DNA of 64,000 nt from Minisyncoccota bacterium (lineage in GTDB: Bacteria > Patescibacteriota > Minisyncoccia > JAHISW01 > Tagabacteraceae). This document shows, piece by piece, positions 40,612-50,228 of this stretch. Location of the stretch: the NCBI GenBank assembly GCA_028711505.1, contig JAQTSC010000002.1, positions 11,936 to 75,935 on the forward strand, read 5' to 3'. The notes beneath the pieces were generated by a model. That model had not been told where the DNA came from. It did not search any database and saw only the letters and a program-made list of their open reading frames with translations. Numbering within the stretch: the first letter of the stretch is position 1; every line of letters begins with the position of its first letter. The translations under genes were made by a program, and so were the position numbers.

Positions 40612-42471
40612 TTATTTCCTGACCCCCGATACTTTCATTAATTTTTCAAACTCGTCTTTTTCAATGCTTTCTTTTTCTATCAAAGTTTTGGCGACAAGGT
40701 CAAGGCTGGTTTTATGCTTCACCAAAATATCTTTGGCGCGTCTGAAAGCGTCTTTCATAAATTTACTCACCTCTTGGTCAATAAGAGAAGCCACTTCTTC
40801 GGAGTATTCTTTTTCCATTCCAATATCCTTTCCCAAAAACACCAAGTCTCCGTGCTCGCCCAAAGACACCGGGCCGATTTTATCGGACATGCCGTATCTT
40901 GTGGTCAGAGCGCGCGCGATGTCCGTAGCTCTTCTTAAATCATCGGACGCGCCTGTCGTGATTTCGTTAAAAACCAATTTTTCCGCGGCATACCCGCCAA
41001 GCGCCACCGCAAGCTCTTCAAGAAAATGGGATTTTGAATATAGATGCCTTTCATGCTCCGGAAGTTTTAAAGTATATCCGGCTGCCCTTCCGCGCGCCAC
41101 TATGGAAACTTTATGCACGGGGTCGGCATTCGGCAAAGCCGCCGCCACGAGAGCATGCCCGGCTTCGTGGTAAGAAGAAATTTTCTTTTCATCAATGCTC
41201 AAAATATGGCTCTTTCTTTCGGGACCAAGCATTACTTTTTCAATTGACCTCGTAAGGTCTAACTGTGTAATTTCTTTTCTGTCTTCACGTGCCGCCAGTA
41301 TCGCTCCCTCGTTCATGAGATTCTGCAAATCGGCTCCGGAAAATCCCGGAGTGCGTTCCGCAATTCTTTTCAAGTCAACTTCTCCGGCAAGAGGTTTTTT
41401 ACGCGCGTGTATTTTTAAAATTTCCTCGCGGTCTCCGATATCCGGCAAATCCAGAACAACCCTGCGGTCAAATCTTCCCGGACGAAGCAGCGCCGGGTCC
41501 AAAACATCCGGTCTGTTTGTCGCCGCCATGACAATAAGTTTTTCATTGGGTTCAAATCCGTCAAGCTCCACAAGAATCTGATTTAAAGTTTGTTCGCGTT
41601 CGTCATGTCCTCCTCCGAGACCGGCCCCTCGATGCCTTCCTACGGCGTCTATTTCATCAACAAAAACAATGGCAGGCGACGCTTTTTTCGCCATGCTGAA
41701 AAGATCTCGGACGCGTGAAGCGCCCACACCAACGAACATTTCCACAAACTCCGAACCGGACATATGAAAAAAAGGAACTCCCGCTTCGCCGGCAACCGCG
41801 CGGGCAAGCAAAGTCTTTCCTGTTCCCGGAGCGCCCATAAGCAAAACACCTTTGGGAATCCGCGCGCCGATGTTTAAAAATTTCTGCGGGTTTTTAAGAA
41901 AATCGACTATTTCGCGCAGCTCTTCTTTCGCTTCTTTGACTCCGGCAATATCCTTAAACGCGACTTTTTCTCCTTTGTCATTGGGACCGATTACGCGAGC
42001 GCGCGATTGACCGAAATTGAAAGCTTGAAGCGCGCTGCTTTTTGCCTGTCTCGCTATAAACCAGAAAAAGACCAGAATAAAAACCAAAGGCAGAATGAAA
42101 GGCAAAAGATTGCCGGCCCAAAACCAGAACCCGGTCGGATTCTGCACCTCTATGCTTACTCCAGCGAGCTTCTCCGGAGATACCCCGTAATTTTTAAGAG
42201 TTTCGGAAAGAGAAGTTTCCGCTTCCTTCTTGGAAACTTTTTCAACGCCGTCTTTCAAAATAATATTCAAATTGTCTCCTGCAACCGATATTTTTGAAAT
42301 ACCGTCCGAATTAATCTGGCTGGCGACTTCGGACAAAGTCATGCTTTCTTTTTTGGAAAAAGATTCAGCCAAAAAAGAATATCCGGCGGCCAAAAGCATC
42401 AGTGCCAAAAGCGCCGTGATAAAATGACGCCCGTAATTGCCCATGTTCGGTTTTAATTCTTTTTTGGCCAT
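40612..42471 (-). CDS. ftsH: ATP-dependent zinc metalloprotease FtsH
   Basis: two TM helices; GAPGTGKT; PGRFDR; HEAGH. Confidence 0.98.
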   Translation of the reverse strand: MAKKELKPNMGNYGRHFITALLALMLLAAGYSFLAESFSKKESMTLSEVASQINSDGISKISVAGDNLNIILKDGVEKVSKKEAETSLSETLKNYGVSPEKLAGVSIEVQNPTGFWFWAGNLLPFILPLVFILVFFWFIARQAKSSALQAFNFGQSRARVIGPNDKGEKVAFKDIAGVKEAKEELREIVDFLKNPQKFLNIGARIPKGVLLMGAPGTGKTLLARAVAGEAGVPFFHMSGSEFVEMFVGVGASRVRDLFSMAKKASPAIVFVDEIDAVGRHRGAGLGGGHDEREQTLNQILVELDGFEPNEKLIVMAATNRPDVLDPALLRPGRFDRRVVLDLPDIGDREEILKIHARKKPLAGEVDLKRIAERTPGFSGADLQNLMNEGAILAAREDRKEITQLDLTRSIEKVMLGPERKSHILSIDEKKISSYHEAGHALVAAALPNADPVHKVSIVARGRAAGYTLKLPEHERHLYSKSHFLEELAVALGGYAAEKLVFNEITTGASDDLRRATDIARALTTRYGMSDKIGPVSLGEHGDLVFLGKDIGMEKEYSEEVASLIDQEVSKFMKDAFRRAKDILVKHKTSLDLVAKTLIEKESIEKDEFEKLMKVSGVRK

Positions 42472-42658
42472 AATAATTTTTTAAATTTGTTTTAAATATT
42501 ATACTCCGTCTGATTGGCCCGTTCGGCCGGAAGAAAACAGAAATTTTTATTTTTTCCTCACTGCCAATTATAACCCCCGAACGCGTCAAAAACAAGAGAA
42601 AAACGAAGTAAAGTTTGTCAAACGAAATAAAATATTGTATTATTGACAAGTTAAACCG

Positions 42659-44176
42659 ATGAATACTGAAAATAAAAATTTAATCCCCCGCTCGCCCATA
42701 GTTGTCATCATGGGGCATATTGACCACGGCAAAACCACGCTCTTGGATTTTATCAGAAAAACAAAAGTGGCGGAAAAAGAATCGGGTGGAATTACCCAGC
42801 ACATTGGCGCGTATGAAATAGAATTGGACAAAGGAAAGGTAAAAAGGAAAATAACTTTTCTCGACACGCCCGGGCACGAAGCATTTTCAAAAATCAGGGA
42901 ACGTGGAGCGAAAATAGCCGATGTCGCCGTTCTTGTTGTCGCCGCTGATGACGGGATGAAAGAACAAACATACGAAACCCTTGACGCGATAAAAAACGCC
43001 GATATCCCTTTCGTTGTGGCGATAAACAAAATAGACAAAGAAGGGGCCAACCCCGAACGAATTAAAAAACAGCTTTCCGAAAAAGAAGTGTATCTTGAAG
43101 AATGGGGCGGAAAAACTCCGGCAGTGGAAATTTCCGCCAAAACAGGGCAAGGCGTGGATAATCTTTTGGAAATGATTTTGCTTCTTTCCGACATGGAAGA
43201 ATTCAAGACCGACCCCAACGCTCCGGCTTCCGGCTATATCGCGGAAGCGCACGTTGATAAAAAAAGGGGCGTTTCTGCGACTCTTGTCATACAAAACGGC
43301 AAATTAAAGCAAGGAATGCACGTGGTCGCCTCCGACGCGTGCGCCCCGGTAAGGATTTTTGAAAATTTTCTTGGAAAATCCATAAAAGAAGCATCCGCGC
43401 CTTCTCCTGTTCAGATAACGGGATTCAATAAATTACCCGCGGCAGGAAGCGAATTCCAAACTTTTGAAAACAAAAAAGAAGCGGAGGTCGCGATTGAAAA
43501 GTTTATCTCCGCTTCCGCGGGGAAAATCAATAAAGATCTTGGGCCGAAAATCCAAGGAGAACATGATGTTTCTATTGTAGCTCTCGTGCTTAAATCGGAC
43601 GCAGGCGGCTCGGCTGAGGCGCTTGAAAAAATCGCGCAGAAACTAGGAAGCGATAAAACGACTATAAAAATTCTGCGTTCCGACGTGGGCGATATAAACG
43701 AAGACGACGTAAGGCTGGTATCAAGCGCCGGAGAAAACGCGCTGATAATCGGATTTAGAGTAAAACAAGAAACGGCCGCGGCGGCTCTTAGCGAACGCTT
43801 CACCGTTCCGGTTAAAATTTTTGACATAATATACGAAGCCGAAGACTGGCTGAAAGAAGAAATAAAAAAACGCGAGCCCCTTGAGATGAAAGAAGAAACG
43901 GTTGGCAAGGCAAAATTATTAAAAATTTTTAAAAACGACAAAACCAAAAAAATCGTCGGAGGAGAAGTGATTTCCGGAAAAATATTCCTGAACGCCAACA
44001 TAAAAATATACCGCCGCGATTTTTTCCTGGGAGAAGGAAAAATAACGGAGCTCCAGCAAAACAAAAACAAAGCTGACGAAGTCAAAGAAGGACTGCAATT
44101 CGGGGCGCTGATTCAAACCAAGGCGAATATCGCCGAAAAAGACATATTTGAGATTATAGAAAAAATTCAAATCTAA
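42659..44176 (+). CDS. infB: translation initiation factor IF-2 (short form)
   Basis: MGHIDHGKTTLLD; GGITQHIGAY; DTPGHEAF. Confidence 0.97.
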   Translation: MNTENKNLIPRSPIVVIMGHIDHGKTTLLDFIRKTKVAEKESGGITQHIGAYEIELDKGKVKRKITFLDTPGHEAFSKIRERGAKIADVAVLVVAADDGMKEQTYETLDAIKNADIPFVVAINKIDKEGANPERIKKQLSEKEVYLEEWGGKTPAVEISAKTGQGVDNLLEMILLLSDMEEFKTDPNAPASGYIAEAHVDKKRGVSATLVIQNGKLKQGMHVVASDACAPVRIFENFLGKSIKEASAPSPVQITGFNKLPAAGSEFQTFENKKEAEVAIEKFISASAGKINKDLGPKIQGEHDVSIVALVLKSDAGGSAEALEKIAQKLGSDKTTIKILRSDVGDINEDDVRLVSSAGENALIIGFRVKQETAAAALSERFTVPVKIFDIIYEAEDWLKEEIKKREPLEMKEETVGKAKLLKIFKNDKTKKIVGGEVISGKIFLNANIKIYRRDFFLGEGKITELQQNKNKADEVKEGLQFGALIQTKANIAEKDIFEIIEKIQI

Positions 44177-44179
44177 AAA

Positions 44180-44512
44180 ATGGCATCCGAGAAAAGAGCG
44201 GGAAAATTCGTTTCCCTCTTCACAAAACTGGTTTCGGAATTTATCGCCAGGCGAAATGTTGGAAATGGATTCGCAACAATCACCGGGATGGAATTTTCAA
44301 ACGACTTAAAATCTGCTAAAGTATTTGTCAGTATTTATCCGGAAAAAGAAGAAAAAGAAATGCTGGTTTTTCTGGGAAAAAACCGTGGAAAAATCGGAAA
44401 ATACGCCTCCGAAAAAACCAAAATGAGATTTCTGCCCAAACTTGAATTCGTTTTGGACAAAGGAGAAAAAAACCGGCAAAAGATAGAAAAGATTTTGTCG
44501 GCAGGGGTTTAA
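44180..44512 (+). CDS. rbfA: ribosome-binding factor A
   Basis: DLKSAKVFVS; RFLPKLEF..D; follows infB. Confidence 0.85.
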   Translation: MASEKRAGKFVSLFTKLVSEFIARRNVGNGFATITGMEFSNDLKSAKVFVSIYPEKEEKEMLVFLGKNRGKIGKYASEKTKMRFLPKLEFVLDKGEKNRQKIEKILSAGV

Positions 44513-44516
44513 AAAA

Positions 44517-44588
44517 GGCCAGGTAGCCAAGTGGTAAGGCAAGGGTCTGCAAAACCCTTACACGCGGGTTCAATTCCCGCCCTGGCCT
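44517..44588 (+). tRNA. tRNA-Cys(GCA)
   Basis: CTGCAAA loop; U73. Confidence 0.95.
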
Positions 44589-44626
44589 CAAGCCATAGAG
44601 CATTTGAAAACAGAAATTTAGCCATT

Positions 44627-44708
44627 GCTCGGGTGGCGGAATTGGTATACGCGCACGACTTAAAATCGTGTCTCGCAAGAGATGCGGGTTCGACCCCCGC
44701 CCCGAGCA
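44627..44708 (+). tRNA. tRNA-Leu(TAA)
   Basis: CTTAAAA loop; variable arm. Confidence 0.95.
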
Positions 44709-44713
44709 TAAAC

Positions 44714-44797
44714 GGGCGAGTGGCGGAATTGGCAGACGCGTAAGGTTTAGGACCTTATGGGAGAAATCCTGTGGGAGTTCAACTCTCCCCTCGCCCA
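44714..44797 (+). tRNA. tRNA-Leu(TAG)
   Basis: TTTAGGA loop; variable arm. Confidence 0.95.
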
Positions 44798-44818
44798 TTG
44801 GATATTGAAAAATTTTAA

Positions 44819-44889
44819 GCGGCCATGGTTTAGTGGCAGGACGGCTCCTTGCCAAGGAGCAGGTGGGAGTTCGATTCTCCCTGGCCGCA
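44819..44889 (+). tRNA. tRNA-Gly(GCC)
   Basis: GCGGCCA/TGGCCGC stem; TTGCCAA loop. Confidence 0.93.
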
Positions 44890-45155
44890 CCCTTCAATAA
44901 ACTCAGGGTAAACAAAATGAAACTTTTGGCGCTCCAACCACGCTGGAAATATTTAGGATTTCACATACTTCGAAAGTTCAAACATCGTTACACCCCCTGC
45001 ACAAGGAATGTATGGCCTTGATAATAGCGACAGCCGATTTTCGTTGAAAATAAATAATCTTTTGTTGGCCAAACAGAAGTCTTAACTAAATCTTGACTTT
45101 TTTGTTTGGCAATGTATAATGGTAGAGGAAAATCAAACCTTGAAAGGAGAAAAAA

Positions 45156-45383
45156 ATGTCAGAAGGAGCCATAATTTTTGCGTTGGCAATATGTCTTTTG
45201 ATAGGATTTCCTTTATGCCTCTTTTTTTGGCCGCGGCTTATGAATAAATGCCCGAGGTGCGGAAGCAGATTAACTTACACCAAAATTTCAACAGTTCCTG
45301 CTCCAGGCTTAGAAACACAGTTTTTGGGAATCCGCCAGAAACAAATTGAACATCTTTTTTGTATAAAAAGGCATGGACAGTAG
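45156..45383 (+). CDS. small membrane protein with CxxC motif
   Basis: TM helix; CPRCG...CxxxH; promoter, AGGAG and terminator (45411-45447). Confidence 0.65.
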   Translation: MSEGAIIFALAICLLIGFPLCLFFWPRLMNKCPRCGSRLTYTKISTVPAPGLETQFLGIRQKQIEHLFCIKRHGQ

Positions 45384-45750
45384 CAAAAACCAGAAAGACA
45401 AAAATTCATCAAGCCGTTGGGCATAGAGCCCAGCGGTTTTCTTTTTTGGTCACTTATGAAGATTGTTAATATTATGGATTTTTACAGAAATAGATTTATT
45501 AAAGAAGATAAAATTCTGCTTTCTATCAGTGTCTCACGCAATACTGGAAGCACAGTGAACAGTTCACGACCAAGCCCTGTGCAGAATCCAATTTTGCATA
45601 GGGCTTTTGCTAATCAATTTTTTAAATTGGACAGCTATTGATTTTTATAACGTAATTGTTATGCTACTTTGAAATCTTTTGAAATCTGAAGATAACAGCT
45701 TTTAACTGAAATTTCCGAAATTCTCGCACCTTAACAAAAAAGGAGGGGCT

Positions 45751-46068
45751 ATGCTAAACATGATAAGGAAACGGCTAGGAGCAAAGAAAGAAGAAAATTT
45801 GCCCGCGATGGAAACAAAAGAAAAAACATTTGAACAGATGAAAGTTGTGTGCAGAACGGCGAAAAATTTTATTGATGCCTTGGAAGAGCTTGAGGAATTG
45901 CATTTTTGCAAATGCGGAGAGCTGTTTCTCTGCCGCCACAAAAAGTGTCCGGAATGCGGAGAACCGAATCCGAAATACAGACCTTTCGCTGGCAAAGACC
46001 AGGAAAGGGCGGAAAACATGGCTGAAGCGGCGCTCGATAAACTTCGCGCCGCATGCAAAGCTTTATAG
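45751..46068 (+). CDS. small zinc-ribbon-like protein
   Basis: CKCG...CPECG; AGGAGG; terminator at 46096-46136. Confidence 0.65.
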   Translation: MLNMIRKRLGAKKEENLPAMETKEKTFEQMKVVCRTAKNFIDALEELEELHFCKCGELFLCRHKKCPECGEPNPKYRPFAGKDQERAENMAEAALDKLRAACKAL

Positions 46069-46352
46069 TCTTACCTCCACGGATACCACAAGCAGGAGCC
46101 CCGAAACGGAACTTATCCGAAGGGGCTTCTTTTTTTAATCTCAAAAAGACAAAAAATCTTTAAAATAAGCAGTTTTTTGCCCTATTTTTACTTAAACTCG
46201 CAAAAAGCAAGGAAATAAATTTTCTGCCAAAACTAAAGTTTCTGGTTTCCAAACGGGATTGACTTTTTTAGCGGATATGATATAATTGGGTCAGGAAAAT
46301 AAAGGAGTTTTTTGAAAAAATATAAATCTCAAAAACGAGGAGGTATTGAATT

Positions 46353-47708
46353 ATGAAATCAAGGATATGGAATAAACTGATTTCTTTTCTTCTGCGGATG
46401 GGATCAATAACATGGAAATGGCCCTCCTTTTTTCGAAAAAGAAAAGAGGATGATAAAGAAAGGGAAAAAGAAAATGACAAAGAGAAAAAATTAAGTATTG
46501 GAATAATTTCTTTTCTTCTGCGGATGGGATCTTTCTACCTTATCTGGAGGGGATGCCAAATAATCCCCGTGGATTCGATTTTCAAAGGAACATCTTACAG
46601 CGGCGGGTATATTGAATTAATTTTTGTCGTAGCAATAACATGGTTTCTCCCTTGCGGAATTTTTTACGGAGCCTGGAGAAATCTGCCCGCTGAACCGCCA
46701 ACAGCAGGACTTATCACCATTTTTGGCATGAGAACTTGCTTATTTACGGTAAACGGCTGGACTTTTTTACCCTTATACCCTTTTCTCTTCGGCATAATCG
46801 CCTTTGACATGAGAGTCCGCGCCGAACAATTGCCTGAACAGGACGTAAGAACTCCGGATCAAGCCGAATCAAAAATTACTGGAGTAATTTCCTGGAAACC
46901 CGACCCGAAAAATCTTCGAAATTTTCAAAACGTGGGCGGAGCTAAAGGAGCGGTAGAAAATTTGTTTAACATATGGACAAGCACTATAAGACAATGGGCC
47001 GCTTCGCCCGAAGAAGGTCCTGCGGGTTATATGGAACTTCTGGCCGCCCAATGGGAAGCGGTAAACAGGCTTCTTAAAAAAATGGCTCCTATGTCTTTAT
47101 GCAAGATTGATTCAGAAATTCCCACGATAGCTCTTTTCAGATATTTTGCCGAGCCCCGAAAACCGCTTACGGAAAATCTGAAAAAACTCTACTCAAGTGA
47201 CGGAAAAAGCGAGGATTGGGCTAAGCTTGAAGAAAAGCTGAAAGAAAGCAAAAAAGAAGATCTGATAAAAAAACAGGTAGAAAACCGGGAAGAAGATATT
47301 GAGGCAGTCAGACAAGGCAAAGGAAATTTCCGGAAACCAGAGCTGGGAATAATTATTACACAGCTGGATATCGGAAAAGTCGTCCCGTTTGGAGAACTCG
47401 CAAAATCAATGGAAAAAGAGGCGATGGAACAGAGAGAAAGGGCTGCTGAAAAAGTCCAGGTATTGAATGTCAACGAGAGAAGCAGTGAGCTTATGGAAGC
47501 AGTGGTAAAAGACGAGAACGGAAAAACAAAAACAATACCCACCGGCAGAACAAGAAAACAAGCTGACGAGATTGTCATGATCCAGCAAAAAAAGATTCAA
47601 AAATCTGTCAAAGAAGTTCAAATCTCTTTAACGCCGGAAAGCCAAGACGCAATTTCTGCAATCGTTGGCGGAATCGTTAGAGCGGTAAAGGAGGTAAAAA
47701 ATGGCTGA
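46353..47708 (+). CDS. divergent SPFH/band-7-like membrane protein
   Basis: TM helices; GLITIFG; DVRTPD; LGIIITQLDIGKV; charged helical tail; AGGAGG. Confidence 0.65.
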   Translation: MKSRIWNKLISFLLRMGSITWKWPSFFRKRKEDDKEREKENDKEKKLSIGIISFLLRMGSFYLIWRGCQIIPVDSIFKGTSYSGGYIELIFVVAITWFLPCGIFYGAWRNLPAEPPTAGLITIFGMRTCLFTVNGWTFLPLYPFLFGIIAFDMRVRAEQLPEQDVRTPDQAESKITGVISWKPDPKNLRNFQNVGGAKGAVENLFNIWTSTIRQWAASPEEGPAGYMELLAAQWEAVNRLLKKMAPMSLCKIDSEIPTIALFRYFAEPRKPLTENLKKLYSSDGKSEDWAKLEEKLKESKKEDLIKKQVENREEDIEAVRQGKGNFRKPELGIIITQLDIGKVVPFGELAKSMEKEAMEQRERAAEKVQVLNVNERSSELMEAVVKDENGKTKTIPTGRTRKQADEIVMIQQKKIQKSVKEVQISLTPESQDAISAIVGGIVRAVKEVKNG

Positions 47709-48189
47709 TAAAAAAGAAAAGCCGGAAGAGAAACCGGTAGTTATAGGAAAGCTTCCCTCTTCGCTTTGGTGGTTTATAGTTTTAATTTGCCTTGCTGTGT
47801 TCTTTCAAAGGGCATACTTAATCCATGCAGCAAGAACAGGAGAAGAAAAAAGGAAAGAGAAAACACAAGCTGTCATTCCTCATTTCGCCAGCACCGGTGT
47901 CTTGAAATGGAAACATTCCGGTAAAATAAATCCGGAGCAACGACGCGAGGCGAACATAACGGTTGCCGCAAATCGGACGCGAACCGACATGATTCTGGAA
48001 CGCAAAGGGGTGGGCAGATTTGAGGGAAAATCCCTTGACGGAATCGTGTATGAAGGAAGTTGGACGGGAGCGGACCGGCATGGCGGCAAGTTTAAACTGG
48101 TCTTTGATTCTCCAAACCATGCCATAGGCTGGCATGAAGACTCGGAGACAAAAGAAAAAATCCCCACTACCTTTTCACTTAATGGATAG
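47701..48189 (+). CDS. hypothetical single-TM protein
   Basis: overlaps the upstream stop; AAGGAGG; beta-rich C-terminus. Confidence 0.65.
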   Translation: MADKKEKPEEKPVVIGKLPSSLWWFIVLICLAVFFQRAYLIHAARTGEEKRKEKTQAVIPHFASTGVLKWKHSGKINPEQRREANITVAANRTRTDMILERKGVGRFEGKSLDGIVYEGSWTGADRHGGKFKLVFDSPNHAIGWHEDSETKEKIPTTFSLNG

Positions 48190-48204
48190 CGAGGAGAAAA
48201 ACCC

Positions 48205-48237
48205 AAAAGGGGTTCGTGTTAAACACGAACCCCTTTT
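48205..48237. terminator. bidirectional terminator
   Basis: AAAAGGGGTTCGTGTT-A-AACACGAACCCCTTTT. Confidence 0.8.
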
Positions 48238-48264
48238 TCTATTCCAAATAAATACCGCTCTTAA

Positions 48265-48717
48265 TCACCAATCGGAATAATCCATGTAAGTGTCTGAATT
48301 ATCCTCTTCGGGCGGATTCCAATAATAGTAATCGGCGGAATAATCTCCCGTTGCGTCATATCCGTAATCGTAATAAGTGTCTGAAGGGCTTTGCCCGAAA
48401 ACCGTGTCCTGTAAAATCCGGATAAGCCCCCAAAAAGAAAGCAAGACAAAAAATCCTATAAGCCCGTATATCAGAAAATTTTTAGCCGATTTTCTTTTTT
48501 CGGGATTATTCGCCGTGGTGATGTATCTGAGAACTCCGAAAATAAAAACCACAGACGCGACAAGCCATAAAAGCTGTATTATCTGAAGCACGATGTCCGT
48601 GCCTCTTTCAAAAACTTCCTTAACAGAAGCTGCTGCGGCAAAAAAAGGCAAAAGAAAACAAACAGCGCACAAAGGCAAAAATACGGAGTACGATTTTATG
48701 TTTTTCCCAAAGGACAT
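48265..48717 (-). CDS. VirB2/TrbC-like pilin with Tyr/Asp-rich tail
   Basis: FIFGVLRYITTANNPEKRKSAK..LIYGLIG; TGATG coupling to the upstream gene. Confidence 0.7.
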   Translation of the reverse strand: MSFGKNIKSYSVFLPLCAVCFLLPFFAAAASVKEVFERGTDIVLQIIQLLWLVASVVFIFGVLRYITTANNPEKRKSAKNFLIYGLIGFFVLLSFWGLIRILQDTVFGQSPSDTYYDYGYDATGDYSADYYYWNPPEEDNSDTYMDYSDW

Positions 48718-48956
48718 CAAAATGAATCGACAAAATTTTGAATAATCATAAGCACGCCCTGACTGGAAATCATCAAAGCCATTCCAATTAAACCCCACGC
48801 CAGATGCTGTTTCCCTTTTTTTCTCTTCTCTTCGTTATCGGCCGAATAAATCATTTCAACCACGCCATAGATAAAAACCATAATAGCCACCGCGAAAATA
48901 AAAATCACGAATGGCTGTATGGCTTCTTCTATAATGGTGTTTATAACTTTATCCAT
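48717..48956 (-). CDS. VirB2/TrbC-like pilin
   Basis: FIYGVV.MI.SADNEEKRKKGK..LAWGLIG. Confidence 0.7.
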   Translation of the reverse strand: MDKVINTIIEEAIQPFVIFIFAVAIMVFIYGVVEMIYSADNEEKRKKGKQHLAWGLIGMALMISSQGVLMIIQNFVDSF

Positions 48957-48974
48957 TATATGAGTTTTCGGTTA

Positions 48975-49328
48975 TTAGAGGCTAATGTCAGGAAAATTCG
49001 GACTGCCTCCTGTCTGGATACCGAAAGTATCGGCAAAAATCTGGATTATTCCCCAGAAAGCGACCATAACGAAAATTCCGATAAGTCCGTAGATGATAAG
49101 CCCTCTTGCTTTCTTCTCATTCGCTTCATCTCCTCCGGCAGTAACGTATTTCACTATGCCCCACAAAAACACCGCGACGGCGAGAAGCATGAAAAGCGGA
49201 ATAATCCCGTTCGCCAAACTTTTAAGCGTATCAAGAATAGATTCAAGGTCTGAGGCGGCGAAAGCGCAAAGCGGCGCAAATCCCACAATTGCCGGAATAA
49301 ACGGAGAAAATCTGGATAATTTTTTCAT
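48975..49328 (-). CDS. VirB2/TrbC-like pilin
   Basis: AFA signal peptide; FLWGIVKYVTAGGDEANEKKAR..IIYGLIG. Confidence 0.75.
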   Translation of the reverse strand: MKKLSRFSPFIPAIVGFAPLCAFAASDLESILDTLKSLANGIIPLFMLLAVAVFLWGIVKYVTAGGDEANEKKARGLIIYGLIGIFVMVAFWGIIQIFADTFGIQTGGSPNFPDISL

Positions 49329-49398
49329 ATTATGATTTTTAATTGATAATTTTAATGATTCTTTTTTTCGACCTTATTTTAAAATTTGACTGCGATTA

Positions 49399-49782
49399 TT
49401 AAAGTTTTTGCGCGAAATCCGATACTGCCGCCGCTATAGCGTAAGCGCCCAAAAGCACCGCCGCGCCGATTACCGCGTAATAAAAAGTGCTTCTAGCCTT
49501 TTTAAGCTGCTCAGTATCGCCGCGCGCCGTGGTAAAAAGAAACCCGGACCAAATTACCATAAGGGCCGCGATTATACTTCCTATTTTAGCGACAAGCGCG
49601 GTAATTTTTTTGACAATGACTGAAAAATCAGAAGTGCCTATGGGGTTTTCAAGCCCGGTACCCCCGCTACTTTCGCCAAAACCGACAGCCTCGCAAACAG
49701 CAAATACCGGCAGAAAAATCAAAACCGCCAGCAAAAACGCCGGAAACAAGCAGTTCATATTTTTATACAAGAATACTTTCAT
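49399..49782 (-). CDS. VirB2/TrbC-like pilin
   Basis: LENPI; SGFLFTTARGDTEQLKKAR..FYYAVIG. Confidence 0.75.
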   Translation of the reverse strand: MKVFLYKNMNCLFPAFLLAVLIFLPVFAVCEAVGFGESSGGTGLENPIGTSDFSVIVKKITALVAKIGSIIAALMVIWSGFLFTTARGDTEQLKKARSTFYYAVIGAAVLLGAYAIAAAVSDFAQKL

Positions 49783-49804
49783 CTTCTCTTAAAATAATTT
49801 TAAC

Positions 49805-50215
49805 CTAAAGCGAGCAGGAAGGAAACTGGTTCCACGATTTATACAGACTGAACCCGGGGTCAAGCAGAAAACCAAGTATCGTATTGATTACGGCGTAAGC
49901 CGCGAAAGCGATAACAATGCCGGTTGCCGTAAATTTAAAAATGTTTTTCCCTTTCTCAATTTGGCTTGAATTATCTCCTCCCGTCATAAAAATAATTCCC
50001 GCCGCGGCAAAAGACAAAACGGACAAAGGCAAAACTATATTAAAAGCAAGAAATTTTACAAGATTGCCCGCAAGCTCGGCAAACTTGCAAAAATCGCACG
50101 CAGGCTGTCCCGCGCCGCCGCAAGGCACTATCTTTGCCGCTCCAGCCAAAAGAGGAAACATCAAGAAAAAAACAGTCAAGATGTTTACTCCCAAAATTTT
50201 TATATTTCTCCCCAT
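49805..50215 (-). CDS. VirB2/TrbC-like pilin
   Basis: IVPCG...CDFC; AGIIFMTGGDNSSQIEKGK..F..TATG. Confidence 0.72.
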   Translation of the reverse strand: MGRNIKILGVNILTVFFLMFPLLAGAAKIVPCGGAGQPACDFCKFAELAGNLVKFLAFNIVLPLSVLSFAAAGIIFMTGGDNSSQIEKGKNIFKFTATGIVIAFAAYAVINTILGFLLDPGFSLYKSWNQFPSCSL

Positions 50216-50228
50216 TGCTCCTCTATGT

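Noticed and set aside
44328-45021. ORFs over the tRNA cluster (likewise 12332-12553 and 40447-40641)
   Set aside because: They overlap well-formed tRNA genes
48265-50215. Conjugative element or ICE
   Set aside because: No relaxase, VirB4, integrase or att sites; the genes are embedded in the gyrA neighbourhood
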